A stretch of 63,854 nucleotides of DNA, filler included, from Octopus bimaculoides (lineage: Eukaryota): NCBI RefSeq assembly GCF_001194135.2. It is 4 parts of 4 records of this genome, joined end to end, with 100 filler letters (N's around TTAATTAATTAA, not from the genome) between each part and the next. Parts side by side here need not be neighbours in the genome. Positions count along the whole stretch, not along the records: positions 1 to 26,402 come from NC_068992.1; 3 more parts are not named here. The stretch is one strand, 5' to 3'. Below the pieces are notes generated by a model, which saw only the letters and a program-made list of their open reading frames with translations, searched no databases and was not told the origin of the DNA. A program made the position numbers and the translations under genes. Of this stretch, positions 1 through 13,110 are shown in pieces. Position 1 is the stretch's first letter. Every line of letters begins with the position of its first letter.

Positions 1-39
<39 letters not shown>

Positions 40-54
40 TTATTTATGTGTTTC

Positions 55-102
55 AGCCACAGCTTTCGTATATATATATATATATATACGAAAGCTGTGG
101 CT
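55..102. repeat. Perfect 48-bp palindrome centred on (TA)10
   Basis: AGCCACAGCTTTCG-(TA)10-CGAAAGCTGTGGCT; the arms are exact reverse complements. Confidence 0.95.
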
Positions 103-284
103 CTTACGTTTTTCTTAAGCAATCTCTTTTGACATACAAATGTTTACGGACACGTAAATATGCATAAGAGAGTTTTGCCCGTGTGCGTTTGAAAAAACAC
201 ATGCGCATATGCACACGTTTCTTCCTTCCCATATGCATACCAGCATATACGTAAACACACACACACACATACACACACACACAA

Positions 285-316
<32 letters not shown>

Positions 317-436
317 GTGTGCATATGTGTGTGTCTGTATATTTATTAATTATAGAAACCTATTCCTGATGTACACCCATTATACACACACAAACACACA
401 CGCACACACACAAACACACACGCACACACAAACAAA

Positions 437-492
<56 letters not shown>

Positions 493-879
493 CACACCTT
501 TATACGTATATGTATTTATGTATTTGTGTGTTTGTGTAATAAACTATGGAGGCATCGAAGACAATGGCTGCTGTTGTATAACGAAGGTCAATGAGTGAGC
601 AGGAGGTGATGGTGGGAGGTGAAGGTAAGAAAACCTGATGCTTCGGAGAGACAAAAAGAGAGAGTAAAAGAGAGTGAGGGTGAGGGATTGGAGGTGGGAG
701 ATAGAGTGTGAGATAAAGAGGGAGTGAGTGGAGGAGAACTGATGTTTTACTTATTGTTTATTGTGGACAGTGTGGAGGGTTTGTTTGTGTTAGTTTCTGC
801 TGTGAAGAACAATGTATTTTATTGATCACTGACTGACCGTAGAGGGAGAGAGTATCACCTTGATTACGTTGATAATACA

Positions 880-880
880 A

Positions 881-938
<58 letters not shown>
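880..938. repeat. (GA)n microsatellite, representative of dozens of (TA)n/(CA)n/(GA)n/(TAGA)n/(TACA)n tracts
   Basis: Directly visible. Most N gaps start or end in such tracts. Confidence 0.95.
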
Positions 939-941
<3 letters not shown>

Positions 942-2070
942 AGGTAGATAGATAGATGGATATATATATATATGGACAGATAAATACTGAGAAGAGAGAG
1001 GGAAGGGGAGAGAAATAGAGTGAGAGCGGAGAGAGAAAGATAAGTAGGCGGAGTAAGACATCGATAGACAAATAAAGGTACGATCAACAGATTCATCAGA
1101 AATATAGATATATAGGCTAGACAGAGACATAAGTAAATAGAGACGTATATACAAAGGCACATATATATAATTATGTATATATAAAAATATATTTATATAT
1201 AACATGTATATATATATATATATATGTATATGTGTGTACGTAAATATATATATATATATNNNNNNNNNNNNNNNNNNNNNNNNNNNNNNNNNNNNNNNNN
1301 NNNNNNNNNNNNNNNNNNNNNNNNNNNNNNNNNNNNNNNNNNNNNNNNNNNNNNNNNNNNNNNNNNNNNNNNNNNNNNNNNNNNNNNNNNNNNNNNNNNN
1401 NNNNNNNNNNNNNNNNNNNNNNNNNNNNNNNNNNNNNNNNNNNNNNNNNNNNNNNNNNNNNNNNNNNNNNNNNNNNNNNNNNNNNNNNNNNNNNNNNNNN
1501 NNNNNNNNNNNNNNNNTATATATATAACTGCTGCAAAGACACGCATATATATATATGTATATGTGTGTGTGTGTGTGTATGTATGCATATATAACACAAA
1601 CACGCATATATATATATATGTGTTTGTGTGTGTGTATATAAACAAGTGTAACAGATTTATTAGACATAGATATAAGGTAGATAGATCGATAAATAGATAG
1701 ATGGAAGCAGACGTTAGTAGATACACTGAGAGACAGAAATAGACAAATAGATATACACCAACATGTAGTCTCACAAGTGACCATGTATAACTCTATACTT
1801 ATATGCACATATTCACAAAAATGTACACCTATGTTTATCTGTATATTGTCGCATACAAAGAGACATATGTCTCTGTACATATATACTTATGCACATGTAT
1901 ACTGACAAGGTCGTACAAATATGCATATCACTATACAAATATGAGCATACAAATATATTCAAACAGATACCTCACTACGTAAGTATCCACTGGTTAGATA
2001 AGCTGTTAGGCAATACTTTATAAGGTCCAGTCAGAACGACTTTTCTGAGAAATATCGCTCTACATACGAA

Positions 2071-2273
2071 TATTTATTTCTTTATTGCCCATAGGGGACT
2101 AAACATAGAGGGGACAACGGGATTAAGTCGATTACATCGATTCCAGTGCGTAACTGGTACTTACTTAATTGACTCCGAAAGGATGAAAGGCAGAATTTGA
2201 ACTCGGCGGAATTTGAACTCAGAACGTAACGGCAGACGAAATACCGCTAAGCATTTCGCCCGGCATGCTAACG
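2071..2273 (-). mobile_element. tRNA-derived SINE, family 2
   Basis: Minus strand reads ..GCTTAGCGGTATTTCGTCTGCCGTTACGTTCTGAGTTCAAATTCCGCCGAG (B-box-like GAGTTCAAAT) and ends in an AAAGAAATAAATA tail; homologous to 8489-8703. Confidence 0.8.
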
Positions 2274-3369
2274 CAAAATTTCCCTAAAATTTCCCCAAAA
2301 TTTCGGGCCTTGTGCCTAGAGTAGAACAGAGTATTCGTAAAAAGATCTTATAATTTACTGCGTGTCACTGACTTGCCTTTTTGCATTACTTGTTATTTAT
2401 TCTACTTCGACTGTGTTTCTTCTCTATAGTTACTATGATAGCATCACTATCAGTTTCTAGTGCACCCGATGCACTGGCTTTCATACCATTTGTCCTAACC
2501 TCAAACGACGCTATCAACGATGAGAACGCCTTTATGCGGAAGGTTCATCTTTAAAAAATTGTAATTGCTCTCCTCCGAAACGCACAAAACAGTCTTCAGT
2601 AAAGATGTATACGTTGGATAACGTAATCCTTGACTGTATACGAAGACGGGATGATTACAGAAGAAGGGCGTTTGATAATAGTTCAGCTTGAGCAGGATCA
2701 CCATAGTTGTCATTGGGTGTGCTTCCACACTGACCATTCTATGACTAATATTAGTATTACTCATCTTAGGCATGAAAACTGTATATTTCTATAAAGTTTT
2801 AGTTAAGGAATTTTATATTAATTCAAGCGTACAATATCTTACCACGGAAACAAACATGCAACCGTGCTGTCAAAGCTGTCACACACTCTTCACCATGAAT
2901 TATTTTGTTATTCTCTCATTATCCTACGATATCCCCAGTCCCATATTATGATACAATGCGCTGTGAGTTGTGCAGAGTTATTTCAGGACACCCGCTACCA
3001 AATTTCAAGCAAGGGTATAACAAAAGTTTTCCATTATGATTTGTGATTAAAATAACGAATAAGATTAATATTTATAATGAATTTGCCCTTTTCGAGTGAT
3101 ATTCTGCGCACTCCCATCACCTCCGGATACACGCTCCTGTATCAAACAACACCAATGACGACAACACAAACAACATTATATTGAGCTAATGAGACTCGCT
3201 CTAAGCCGAGGTTGCACTTACTAAGAAATACTAGACACCCGCTCCACAAGAATACTATAGTTCTCCCTTTATTATCAATGAAACTACAAAATATAGATCG
3301 CATCCATATAATCCTTGTTTTACCATAGTTTTGAATAAATTAAAATTTCTTAAACCATTTCCATTTTGT

Positions 3370-3706
3370 AGAAAAGATTGTTTGCCAACATAACATGGCA
3401 GTCCTGGTTTAGCACTAATGTTGCTGTAATTTAGCCCCAGGAAACATCGTCTCCAGCTGGCTATACGACACGATCTGTGTCCTTATATCTTCAAACAAGG
3501 GAATCTAGCATTCTCACTCCCTTGTTCGAAAATATAAGGACACAAATCGTGTCATATAGTCAGCTGGAGACGATGTCACCTGGGGATGAATTACAACAAT
3601 ATTAGTCCTAAACCAGGACTGCCATGTTATGTTGGCAAACAATCTTTACTACAAAGTACTGTTGCTGAATATCTCACGTTGTGAAATTTAAAAATAGTAA
3701 TTTTCT
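3370..3706. mobile_element. Foldback insertion related to the hammerhead-bearing unit, with 14-bp target-site duplication
   Basis: Imperfect inverted arms about 3365-3502 and 3518-3655 with a 15-nt spacer; direct repeat CATTTCCATTTTGT at 3356-3369 and 3707-3720; arms align to 23121-23195. Confidence 0.8.
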
Positions 3707-4457
3707 CATTTCCATTTTGTTAAGCACGTCAATATATCGTTTCCCTTTCTCAATCCATATAGCTATCCCGCCATCTTCAATAAAAAATGCTCCTGTAAGC
3801 CATCATTTGATATACTTCAATAACTAGGCTATGCAATCGCGATTAAATCACCATCTCGCAAAACAGAAGTGCATATTGAATAATGTAATCCTATATAAAC
3901 TACATAATTTCCTATCTATTGGATAATATAACAGTTTTCTATCTGAGAAAATGATTGTGGGTTTGATAGATAGTCCATATCATTGAACAAACATTTACCA
4001 ATTTCTTTTTAAATAATGAGAACTACGTATTTTTTAAATATATTTTGTTTTCTTCCGTGCAGTTGATAATATCTCTCTTAAAAGAATAACTTAACATTTT
4101 CTGAACATATCCGGTTACGCAAATACCCGAACTTACATTGATAAATGTATTTTATTCCTATGAAATTAGATCAGTAGTATGATAAATAAAGCGATTCACT
4201 GAAACAGTTTGAACGCATTCGAGATGGATGTGATTCGACAGTGTTTAAACATTTATACAACTTCGTAACAATAGTATGAATTTGCAGACGACCACAACTT
4301 TCTAAAGATGAGTGATATACATTTGATTAAATCCAACTCATTACACGTTATTATCGATCCCTCTTACTTGCTTTTATCAACACTATCAAATAGAAGGTAT
4401 CTCTCTTTCTCTTTCTCATGCCTTCTCATTCCGTCTGACTGTCTCACTCCATATATC

Positions 4458-4519
<62 letters not shown>

Positions 4520-4520
4520 C

Positions 4521-4562
<42 letters not shown>

Positions 4563-5223
4563 ATCTCTGTGTCTATGTATGTATGTGCGTGTTTTCTTAT
4601 TACAATGAGTCCAACAAAAGGCATTTTGTTCCATTTGGTATATGCATAGATAAGAGATATACAGATGGGCACAAAGGGACAAATGTAAGGATATTGGCTA
4701 CAATATGGATATTGGTATGCCAAAGGGACATATGTGATGAACCTGGCAGTAATGATAATGGAAGCTTATATGTGTTTGAACGTATATAGTATATATATAT
4801 ATATACATATGAATATATTATTTATCAAAATTTAGATAATCAGCATGATATCGCTATCACTAATTTTGAAAAAAAAAAAATTACACGTCAAACGCAGGCA
4901 TTTTTGTCTTACAATTCAACATATGCAGGTAGAAAAATGGATCTTAATTCAGGTTTATTTGTCGTATGGGAAAACTAATAGGTGGAATGTCCAACGGAAT
5001 ATCCAGTTAGCAAATATAAATTATATATTTGATATGTCACTGTAAATTATATCCCTCTACAACTTAGCAGCGAGTTCTCTTATGCTTCATATTTCCCTAA
5101 ATTTACAACACACACACACACCTTCCCTCTCCCCTCTTACACACACAAAGATACGCACACATCCACAAACGTCAAAATTAACAAATGTGCATATCTATCT
5201 ATCTCTCTACATACATACACACA

Positions 5224-5273
<50 letters not shown>

Positions 5274-5392
5274 CATAGTTATACACACATACATATATAT
5301 ACACAGACACACTTATATAGATACATAAATGCATATAAACATATATATATATATATACATATTCACACGCACATACATATACATACATACAC

Positions 5393-5434
<42 letters not shown>

Positions 5435-6092
5435 ACATAAGTGGATCAGAAAGTGCGTAAGAAAGTAAAATGAAAATGAGAGGAAAGATGAGGTCTTTAA
5501 CACTTTCCTGGCAAAGGAATAGATAAACAGACGGTGAGGCCTCGAAAATTCACTAAGAATATAGAGATAGAGAAAATTTCTATAATAATGGTAATTACAT
5601 TTAAATCATCCAACTTTTAAAAATAATTTTGCAATATTTTTGGTAATGCATTATTATCGCTTTAATTAAATTGTTAGAACTGCCATTAAACCTTTCGCGC
5701 TATCTGCAAAGGCGAGTCCAATCGATTTACTGTCATCACTCTTAACTATGGTAGTATATGGAAGACATAATCGTGCTTATGATGGAATAATTTTGGTCAT
5801 TAGATACTTTCATTATTGAATGTCAAAATTAAATTAAATAATAATCGATAGAGATAATACAAATTAGAACTTATGGAGTTGGACGCCATCACACGGAAAT
5901 TGGTGTTGAAATATTGTAAAATACATCAAGGATTCAAGCAGAAAATCGACCCCCATGAACTCAAATCTAACGTGGTTTGGCGAAAATGTGTCACGAACGA
6001 AATTTTACTGCCTTGTTTTCATCGCCATCGTTAAGCTTGTATTGGAAGAAGAAAATTAATTTGAATAGAGAAGCATTTAAACAATAGAAACA

Positions 6093-6744
6093 TTTATCTT
6101 TTATCTTTTACTTATTTCAATCAATGGACTGCGGCAATGCTGGAGTCCCAACTTGAAGTGTTTAGTCGAACAAACTGGTCCCGGTATTTATTTTAAAGCC
6201 TGGTATTTTTTCTATCGGTGTCTTTTTGCCGAACAGCAACAAAGTTACTGAACTTTAACAACACAACACATGTTCCAAATTCAATGGTGGCAGACAAAAA
6301 CAAACAAAAAGTAGCACACACACAGACACAGACACACACACATGCACACACACAGACACAGACACACACACATGCACACACACACGAACACACACATACG
6401 CACACGCATATATANNNNNNNNNNNNNNNNNNNNNNNNNNNNNNNNNNNNNNNNNNNNNNNNNNNNNNNNNNNNNNNNNNNNNNNNNNNNNNNNNNNNNN
6501 NNNNNNNNNNNNNNNNNNNNNNNNNNNNNNNNNNNNNNNNNNNNNNNNNNNNNNNNNNNNNNNNNNNNNNNNNNNNNNNNNNNNNNNNNNTATATATATA
6601 TACGACACCAATTTCTTTCATTTTCTATGAATCAAATCCACTCACAAGGCCCGGGAGCATACAAGACACATGCTCGAGTTGCCATGTGTCAATGACCCTG
6701 AGACCATGTGGCTGGGGATCGAGCTTCTTAATACACAGCTATGC
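6093..6744 (-). mobile_element. tRNA-derived SINE, family 1 (diverged, gap inside its internal microsatellite)
   Basis: 3' part at 6093-6260 and head (AAATCCACTCACAAGG..GAGACCATGTGG) at 6623-6744 match other family 1 copies. Confidence 0.7.
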
Positions 6745-7739
6745 TTTCAAAGTGCATAATTACCCACCGGTTTCACTCCTTACTGAACATGATCATTACA
6801 ATATACGTGTGTAATGGTTTGCTACCAGCCTGCATTTAATATATAGTGAGTTTATCTGAAATAATCTCGTTATAGATTCCTTAGGTAATAATGGGGATAA
6901 TATTGTGTAAATTAGTAGACCCAAATTCAGCAGAAAAGTAAGCATGTACTTTGAAATATTTAATTACGTTTTTATAGCTCGAGACTTTGAAAAGTTTAGT
7001 AAGGTATTTTGCAATGAGTCAAACGTACATTATAATCCGTAATGTTGAAATGATTTGAAAGTAGTAATGTATGTTTGGATATGAAATGATATTTCTGAAT
7101 AAGTAATGACGTTTTTTGAAATAATCTGATTGTGATAACCTGGGTTTCAACGCATATTGTATTTTGAAATGACTTGACTGTAATAATATACTTCAGATTT
7201 AATTTACTGCAATATAAAATGAAAACCGCATTTTCTTCTTTTTCTATGTGTGTGCGTGTATGTTTTTCTCTCGTTGACACTCACATACATAGGTATTCAC
7301 AGTGACATATGTGTTTACATCCACGCAAACTATACGTAGATACACCGGCACACGTACACATGCGGGTAGGCGTAAATATGCTACTGCTCTCACAATCCTA
7401 AATCTAACAGCAAAAGAGAACTGACAGCGTTCGCAACGATCTATTTTGAGATGAATAAATATGACATAGTCGTTGTAGTTTCTTGTGACTGAGGACAGAG
7501 CAGCACCAGATCACATAATGAATGTAACCTCGTATATACAGCATTGTTATGTTGCTATACGTTACTTCAGAACATATATTTAGGCTTTAATCAACAACAA
7601 ATTTGAACAGACCGATGTAGAAATATCGTGTGTCTGAAACATCATCACTGTATCACTGTATCGATTACATCATTGGATGTTGTTACACACCACTGGTCAC
7701 AATAGATACCTCACACTGTTGCAGCTTTCAAATGTTAGT

Positions 7740-7948
7740 ACTCCGTTGGCTAAGCAAACAGGCAGACAGTCAGACCAACAGTCCTCATAAACGGAATGCC
7801 ATGTTCGTCACAGAGTTACGCAGTTACAGTTGAGTAGATTGGAACAATGTGAGATGAAATATTTTGCTCAAGGAGACAACGCTCCGCTGGTCGGGGAATC
7901 GACATCTTGCGATTGTAAGTGCAACAGTCAAGCCACTAGGTCACCTGC
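7740..7948 (-). mobile_element. tRNA-derived SINE, family 3 (diverged)
   Basis: Minus strand has a head with GTCGATTCCCC followed by TTGTCTCCTTGAGCAAAAT; similar to 44540-44805. Confidence 0.6.
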
Positions 7949-8114
7949 ATTTTCCACATATTACACGTCACAAACCACCTGTGGTCTTATTTGTTATCAT
8001 ATATATATAATCTCGTGTCTGGTTGATTCAGTGTCCTCTATATAGTCACATGAAGCTCTGTTATACTGACCATCTTTGTAATCTATATCTATTCTCATAT
8101 ACTGACAAACGTAT

Positions 8115-8412
8115 CAACGGTCCTTAACCGTCTGTATTCCACGGGACTGGTTTAATGCAAGACAATTTTCCCACGGACCAAGGGAGCCACATGCATAACG
8201 AAACTCATTAAAGTGCATAATATATAATCTTTATATTATATATATAATATTTATAATGCATATATTACGCATATACATATATAATGCAAAAACAGATTGT
8301 GATAGTTAATAAAATAGAAATAACATTTAAAAATCTACTCTTTCTGTGCGGTCCGATATGAAATGACCCACGGATAGAAACTGGTCCGCGGCCCGGTTGT
8401 TTTGGACCCATG
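8115..8412. mobile_element. hAT-Charlie-type MITE (MER1-like)
   Basis: Degenerate TIRs CAACGGTCC.. / ..GGACCCATG; internal GGGACTGGTTTAATGCAAGACAATTTTCCCACGGACC resembles the MER1/Charlie3 left end (from memory). Confidence 0.55.
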
Positions 8413-8488
8413 ACTAGTATAATCATGGCTGTGTAGCTGATATACTGTCGTGTATACAACTGTGACGTTTTATTAGCCATGTGGCTAA

Positions 8489-8703
8489 GGCAGCTAGCTG
8501 GCAGAATCGTTAATACGCCGGACACAATGCTTAGCGGTATTTCGCCTGTATTTATGTTATGGTCTCAAATTCCACCGAGGTCAGCTTTAACTTTCGTCCT
8601 TTTGGGGAGGTTAATGAAATAAGTACCTGTCAAGCAATGGGGTGGATGTAATCGTCTGTCCACAACCCTCCAAATTTTATACCTTGTGCCTATAGTAGAA
8701 AGG
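8489..8703 (+). mobile_element. tRNA-derived SINE, family 2
   Basis: GGCAGCTAGCTGGCAGAATCGTTA head; central GGTCAGCTTTAACTTTCGTCCTTTTGGGG..AAATAAGTACC; tail CCTTGTGCCTATAGTAGAAAG. Confidence 0.8.
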
Positions 8704-8709
8704 CCTATA

Positions 8710-9045
8710 AACCGTGTGACGCTTATATGGGTCGGACGGGTTGACAGGAGCCCGTCAGGTAGAAGACTACTTCAGGCTACGGTGTATGTTTTGGTAGCGT
8801 TTTCACGGCTAATCCACTGAGAGGAATGAGCGCATTTTACATGGCACCAGCACAGGCGAGATCAGTTTTGGCAAAGTTTTTGCAGCTGGATGCCCTTCCA
8901 AACATTAACGACTTTACAGTGTGGACTGGATGCTTCTTACGTCGTACCATGGTCACCAAGTAACTTTGCAAGACAAGGAATCTTTGAGAGGGGAGGAGGC
9001 ATTGGAGAAGGTGATCTTGTGCCAGATGGTGAAAAGATAGTGTGA
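8710..9045. repeat. Interspersed repeat, possibly the 3' non-coding part of an RTE-like LINE
   Basis: Contains GCTGGATGCCCTTCC, a motif I recall from non-LTR 3' regions; no coding motif seen. Confidence 0.35.
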
Positions 9046-9057
9046 CATGTTTTTTTT

Positions 9058-9315
9058 TTACTTGTTTCAGTCATTTGACTGCCGCCATGCTGGAGCATCG
9101 CCTTTAGTCGAGCAAATCTACCCCAGGACTTATTCTTTGTAAGCCTAGTACTTTTTCTATCAGTCCCTTTTAACGAACCGCTACGTTATGGGGATGTAAA
9201 CGCACCAGCATCGGTTGTCAACCGCTGTTAGGGGGACAAACACAGACGCACAAACACATGCACACACACACACACATACACATACACATACATACACACA
9301 CACACACAAACACAT

Positions 9316-9348
<33 letters not shown>

Positions 9349-9579
9349 CACACACACATATATATATATATATACGACGGGTTTCTTTCAGTTTCCGTCT
9401 ACCAAATCCACTCACAAGGCTTTGGTCGGCCCGAGGCTATAGTAGAAGGCACTTGCCCAAGGTTCCAGGGAGTCGGACTGAACCCGGAACCATGTGGTTG
9501 CGNNNNNNNNNNCACAAACACATGCACACACACACACACATACACATACACATACATACACACACACACACAAACACAT

Positions 9580-9612
<33 letters not shown>

Positions 9613-9801
9613 CACACACACATATATATATATATATACGACGGGTTTCTTTCAGTTTCCGTCTACCAAATCCACTCACAAGGCTTTGGTCGGCCCGAGG
9701 CTATAGTAGAAGGCACTTGCCCAAGGTTCCAGGGAGTCGGACTGAACCCGGAACCATGTGGTTGCGAAGCAAGCTATTTACCACACAGCCACTCCTGCGC
9801 C
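9058..9801 (-). mobile_element. tRNA-derived SINE, family 1, full length (254 bp duplicated by the assembly)
   Basis: Minus-strand head GGCGCAGGAGTGGCTGTGTGG (A-box) ..GGTTCAGTCCG (B-box-like); internal (TA)/(TG) tract; 9249-9502 repeated at 9513-9766 across a 10-N gap. Confidence 0.9.
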
Positions 9802-10359
9802 TAAAGTTTTTTTTCTTTCTTTGTATTTTATCTCCAGGTCAATCCTGTTCGAATAGACCTAAACTAAATATTAAAGTCAAGCGTACACCCTCGTGAGTTC
9901 TGAACCCCCACCAAAAAACAAGGGGAATATAAAGAAGGTTTCTGAAGGAAGGAAAGAAGGTTTGTTATATTGATAGCTATTAGATTTAGAGTTATTGTAC
10001 TTGTTGTTGTTGTTGTTGTAGTTGTTGTTGTTGTTGTTGTTTGGTCCCAGGTTGGTCCTGATCGAGTAGATCTATTAACAAAGTCGTTTGCACCTATGCC
10101 CATCGTCTCTTTCAGATATAGGGTATCTCGGACTTCATTCTACCAGATTCGCCTTTATGTTTACATATTCTAAAAAAGGGCTTTGAGGAAAACTTGACTG
10201 CTATATTTAGCTGGTCGATCGAGCTCAGAGAAGCTGCTTCATTAGTTAATGTGAACTTCAGCTGGAGTTTCCGCTTTACAGCGGTCAGAATGCATACCGT
10301 TCGTATAACAATTTATGGTTGAATATTTCTTTTGGCAACGATCTCCACCACGGCCAAAC

Positions 10360-10461
10360 TTACGATCATGATAATGACGATGATGATGCTGATGACGATG
10401 ATGATGATACTTGTGTGGTTAATGAGTTTAATAATGATGGTAAAGACTGTAATTTGGACGG

Positions 10462-10492
<31 letters not shown>

Positions 10493-10821
10493 CNNNNNNN
10501 NNNNNNNNNNNNNNNNNNNNNNNNNNNNNNNNNNNNNNNNNNNNNNNNNNNNNNNNNNNNNNNNNNNNNNNNNNNNNNNNNNNNNNNNNNNNNNNNNNNN
10601 NNNNNNNNNNNNNNNNNNNNNNNNNNNNNNNNNNNNNNNNNNNNNNNNNNNNNNNNNNNNNNNNNNNNNNNNNNNNNNNNNNNNNNNNNNNNNNNNNNNN
10701 NNNNNNNNNNNNNNNNNNNNNNNNNNNNNNNNNNNNNNNNNNNNNNNNNNNNNNNNNNNNNNNNNNNNNNNNNNNNNNNNNNNNNNNNNNNNNNNNNNNN
10801 TAAAGACTGTAATTTGGACGG

Positions 10822-10852
<31 letters not shown>

Positions 10853-10915
10853 CAAGAAATTGGCGGTGGCGACGATGAAAATGCTTGCGACGCCTCCGTG
10901 GCTACTGCTGATAGC

Positions 10916-10950
<35 letters not shown>

Positions 10951-11422
10951 CGACGACGATGATGATGATGATTAATAGACAGATAGCATCTTGTTATCTT
11001 GGTCCTGTTATTAACCGGATGATTATGGTGGTGAGACCGGTAGCCATGATGGGTCACAGTGACGACGACAGCGATGACAACGACAATGATGATGATGACG
11101 ATGATGATGACGATGATGATGATGACGACGATGATGATGACGATGATGATGATGACGACGATGATGATGATGATAATAATGCTGATGGTGATGATGATGA
11201 TCTACTTAGTGTTGATGTTTGCTTTTGCTTAAAAAAAAAAAGATTGACGTTTCATTAAAACTGTCATGAAAAATGCAAATTTCCTTAAAAGTTTAGACAT
11301 CAGCATCATCATTCTTTTTCTCAATCATCATTAATTTAATTTTCTTCCTCCTCCTCTTCTTCCTCTTCCTCCTCCTCTTCTTCTTCTTCTTCCTCCTCTA
11401 CCCTATCGCCACCACACCACCG

Positions 11423-11453
<31 letters not shown>

Positions 11454-12599
11454 TACCATGACCATCACTACCAAAATGACGACGACCACCACCACCACCA
11501 CCATCATGGTCGTCATCATCGTCACCACCACCACCCACCGCTACAACCACCACCACGATAATGATGATAGCGATTATAATGATGATAATGACAACCATCG
11601 TCATGGTGATGATGATCATCATCATCACCATCATCATCATTATTATTCTCATCATCATGATGGTGATGGTGATGATGGTGGTAGTGGTGGTANNNNNNNN
11701 NNNNNNNNNNNNNNNNNNNNNNNNNNNNNNNNNNNNNNNNNNNNNNNNNNNNNNNNNNNNNNNNNNNNNNNNNNNNNNNNNNNNNNNNNNNNNNNNNNNN
11801 NNNNNNNNNNNNNNNNNNNNNNNNNNNNNNNNNNNNNNNNNNNNNNNNNNNNNNNNNNNNNNNNNNNNNNNNNNNNNNNNNNNNNNNNNNNNNNNNNNNN
11901 NNNNNNNNNNNNNNNNNNNNNNNNNNNNNNNNNNNNNNNNNNNNNNNNNNNNNNNNNNNNNNNNNNNNNNNNNNNNNNNNNNNNNNNNNNNNNNNNNNNN
12001 NNNNNNNNNNNNNNNNNNNNNNNNNNNNNNNNNNNNNNNNNNNNNNNNNNNNNNNNNNNNNNNNNNNNNNNNNNNNNNNNNNNNNNNNNNNNNNNNNNNN
12101 NNNNNNNNNNNNNNNNNNNNNNNNNNNNNNNNNNNNNNNNNNNNNNNNNNNNNNNNNNNNNNNNNNNNNNNNNNNNNNNNNNNNNNNNNNNNNNNNNNNN
12201 NNNNNNNNNNNNNNNNNNATAATCTCGTGACAAATGAATGCGTGCATAGGGGAAAAGTTAAAAGTGATTTAAGGAGGATGTGACTGATATTTCTGTGGGA
12301 TCGCCCGATAACATAAAAATGTATCTCGTTAGTTTTAGAATAGTATTAGCCAACCTGGGGCCCGCAAGACCTTTTGAATGAATGACGCGCCTAACGAAGA
12401 ATTGCCTTCAATTTTTATTTTATTTTTTTTAGTAGTGCGCCAGTCTTTATGGTGAAGTCCCACAAGATTTGCTATTCTCATTTTCTATCGCAGTCTCTGG
12501 TTCGTTTTCTTACCACTTTTCTGTTGTCTTGAAGCCCAACTCTCGGCTAACATCCCAATGCACCCTTTTGCTTACACAGACATGTCTACGCTTATTATT

Positions 12600-12630
<31 letters not shown>

Positions 12631-13110
12631 NNNNNNNNNNNNNNNNNNNNNNNNNNNNNNNNNNNNNNNNNNNNNNNNNNNNNNNNNNNNNNNNNNNNNN
12701 NNNNNNNNNNNNNNNNNNNNNNNNNNNNNNCCACCACCCACCGCTACAACCACCACCACGATAATGATGATAGCGATTATAATGATGATAATGACAACCA
12801 TCGTCATGGTGATGATGATCATCATCATCACCATCATCATCATTATTATTCTCATCATCATGATGGTGATGGTGATGATGGTGGTAGTGGTGGTAGTGCC
12901 AATCATCATTACCATCCTTACCATCATCATTATTGTCATCGTTACAATCGTTATCATTTTCATCATAATGTTCGTTCTTCACATCCTTATCACATTACAC
13001 GCCAACATTACCCGTCATCATCATAAACAACATCATCCTCTTCATCTCTGTACATATCATTACCAACAGCATCAGCAACAGCATCAACAACAGCAGCATC
13101 AGCAACAGTA
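10360..13110. repeat. Compound trinucleotide island (GAT/GAC, then CAT/CAC/CAA)
   Basis: Directly visible; source of the poly-D/M/H/I ORFs. Confidence 0.9.

Noticed and set aside
104-1880. ORFs of VC/YI/HT/LS dipeptide runs (and similar ones throughout the window)
   Set aside because: They are translations of (CA)n, (TA)n and (GA)n microsatellites or read through N gaps.
2501-2773. 90-aa non-repetitive ORF, possible host exon
   Set aside because: No recognisable motif or convincing splice signals; cannot be supported without RNA or homology data.
9249-9766. Apparent tandem SINE duplication (also 37673-37822)
   Set aside because: Exact copies on either side of a 10-N gap, typical of unmerged contig overlaps.
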